A program made the position numbers and the translations under genes. A stretch of 62,944 nucleotides of DNA, the filler included, from Sphacelaria rigidula (taxonomy: Eukaryota), in NCBI GenBank assembly GCA_964200075.2. It is 10 parts of 10 records of this genome, joined end to end, with 100 filler letters (N's around TTAATTAATTAA, not from the genome) between each part and the next. Parts side by side here need not be neighbours in the genome. Positions count along the whole stretch, not along the records: positions 56,741 to 62,944 come from CAXNAA020021527.1; 9 more parts are not named here. One strand, given 5' to 3'. Position 1 is the first letter of the stretch. Each line of letters begins with the position of its first letter. Positions 61,911 through 62,944 of this stretch are shown one piece after another. Below the pieces are notes generated by a model. It was not told the origin of the DNA and did no database searches. It saw nothing but the letters and a program-made list of their open reading frames with translations.

Positions 61911-62876
61911 TAATCTATTCTGAGGCCGTTGGACAGGGGTGGTGACGTTTTCGCATGTCGTGAAAACCGGTGAGGGTTGGAGGTGCTGGTTTGCGCCCGT
62001 AGCCCAAACGGTTGCCCCAATTACTCATCGTCAAGGCCATCGATTGGGATGCGATTTTTGCATCATCTGAGCCAAAACGACAACTAGAAACTCGGTCATC
62101 GATTTTTTTTCTCGTCGGGGTTCGAGTTTTATGACAAATTAAGTGGGAAAGACATGTTTTTTTTGCGATTTTCTCGATCACCACAACTCCTCTGGTTCCA
62201 CAATCTTTCCAGATTGTAGCTTGGACAAAGACACGTTGGTGAGTAGCCTAGGTACGCCGTGGTTCGTAGCCCGGGACAACAAAAATGGGAAATCGTCAAG
62301 TGGAAACCCCAGTCAAATCACAAGTACTTGGGGGGATTTTACGGCGTGTGCATAATCAGGGGATGAACGAGATCTTCGGTCTGTTCGTGCTTTTGGTCGG
62401 TGACACTTTTTTGGCTCATTTTGGGGGGTCAGGCGCGCCTACAACTGTCCATGTCGCCGTCCAGCGCACGAATGATTTGGCATCTCAAAACCTCGCCTCG
62501 AAACCAACGCGGCACAAAAAGGCAACGTACCAGTTTAAAAGAAAATTACATGTTTTTGTTTAAAAAATCGGGCCCAAAAAAGGGGTTCGTAGGGGGTTGG
62601 GGTTGGTCATTTCCAGCCCTGATGTACCCCTGGCTCAGTAGGTGGTATCTTAAGAACATTCTGCGACGGTTGGAAGCACACGATCTGAGATTCTTCCTCA
62701 CATCATCTTGTGCCTTTTCACTTCAAAATGTAACTCTCGCCCACAGGGTTTTCTCAAGAGTATATTTTCGGAGGGCTCCGACATGCATGGCTCTTTTGTG
62801 CGGGCACCCCTTGCGTCCGATTCTCATTCCGTTCGTCCGTGCATGGGGTGTCTGTCACGGGCAAACATAGCAAATA

Positions 62877-62944
62877 ACAGCCGATTTTCGAAAATGGGGT
62901 TGAAAAAAAAGATGAGGTTCAACTCAAAAGCCGTGCTTTCCCTG
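62877..62944 (+). repeat. High-copy repeat at contig end
   Basis: Nearly identical to 12441-12507 and 25036-25100. Confidence 0.9.

Noticed and set aside
1..62944. Gene cluster linking HSPA12-like, D-LDH, LRR and ELP3 genes
   Set aside because: The genes lie on separate concatenated contigs, so adjacency has no meaning.

Overview
Eukaryotic, intron-rich, repeat-dense DNA, most consistent with a brown alga or other stramenopile (an inference from GT-AG multi-exon genes, TTAGGG-type repeats and the transposon content). The window is not one locus. It is ten contigs of 6204-6205 bp joined by artificial 100-bp N44-TTAATTAATTAA-N44 spacers (1-6205, 6306-12510, 12611-18815, 18916-25120, 25221-31424, 31525-37728, 37829-44032, 44133-50336, 50437-56640, 56741-62944). 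Host gene fragments are an HSPA12-like Hsp70, a D-lactate dehydrogenase, a multi-exon LRR protein, a non-canonical ELP3 exon and an acidic low-complexity exon. The rest is largely mobile DNA: Copia and Ty3/gypsy relics, RTE and other LINE fragments, a tRNA-derived SINE, and Stowaway-, pogo-, piggyBac- and possibly Ginger-like MITEs. The best candidate for an undescribed system is two related LINE families that end in poly(C) rather than poly(A), insert into G/C tracts, and share a co-varying three-way-junction RNA fold at the 3' end, with many ~70-nt copies starting at the edge of that fold. Other notable items are a 204-bp TGT..ACA element carrying telomere repeats with 5-bp target duplications, and a ~745-bp gene-derived hairpin. 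All alignments and folds were done by eye.
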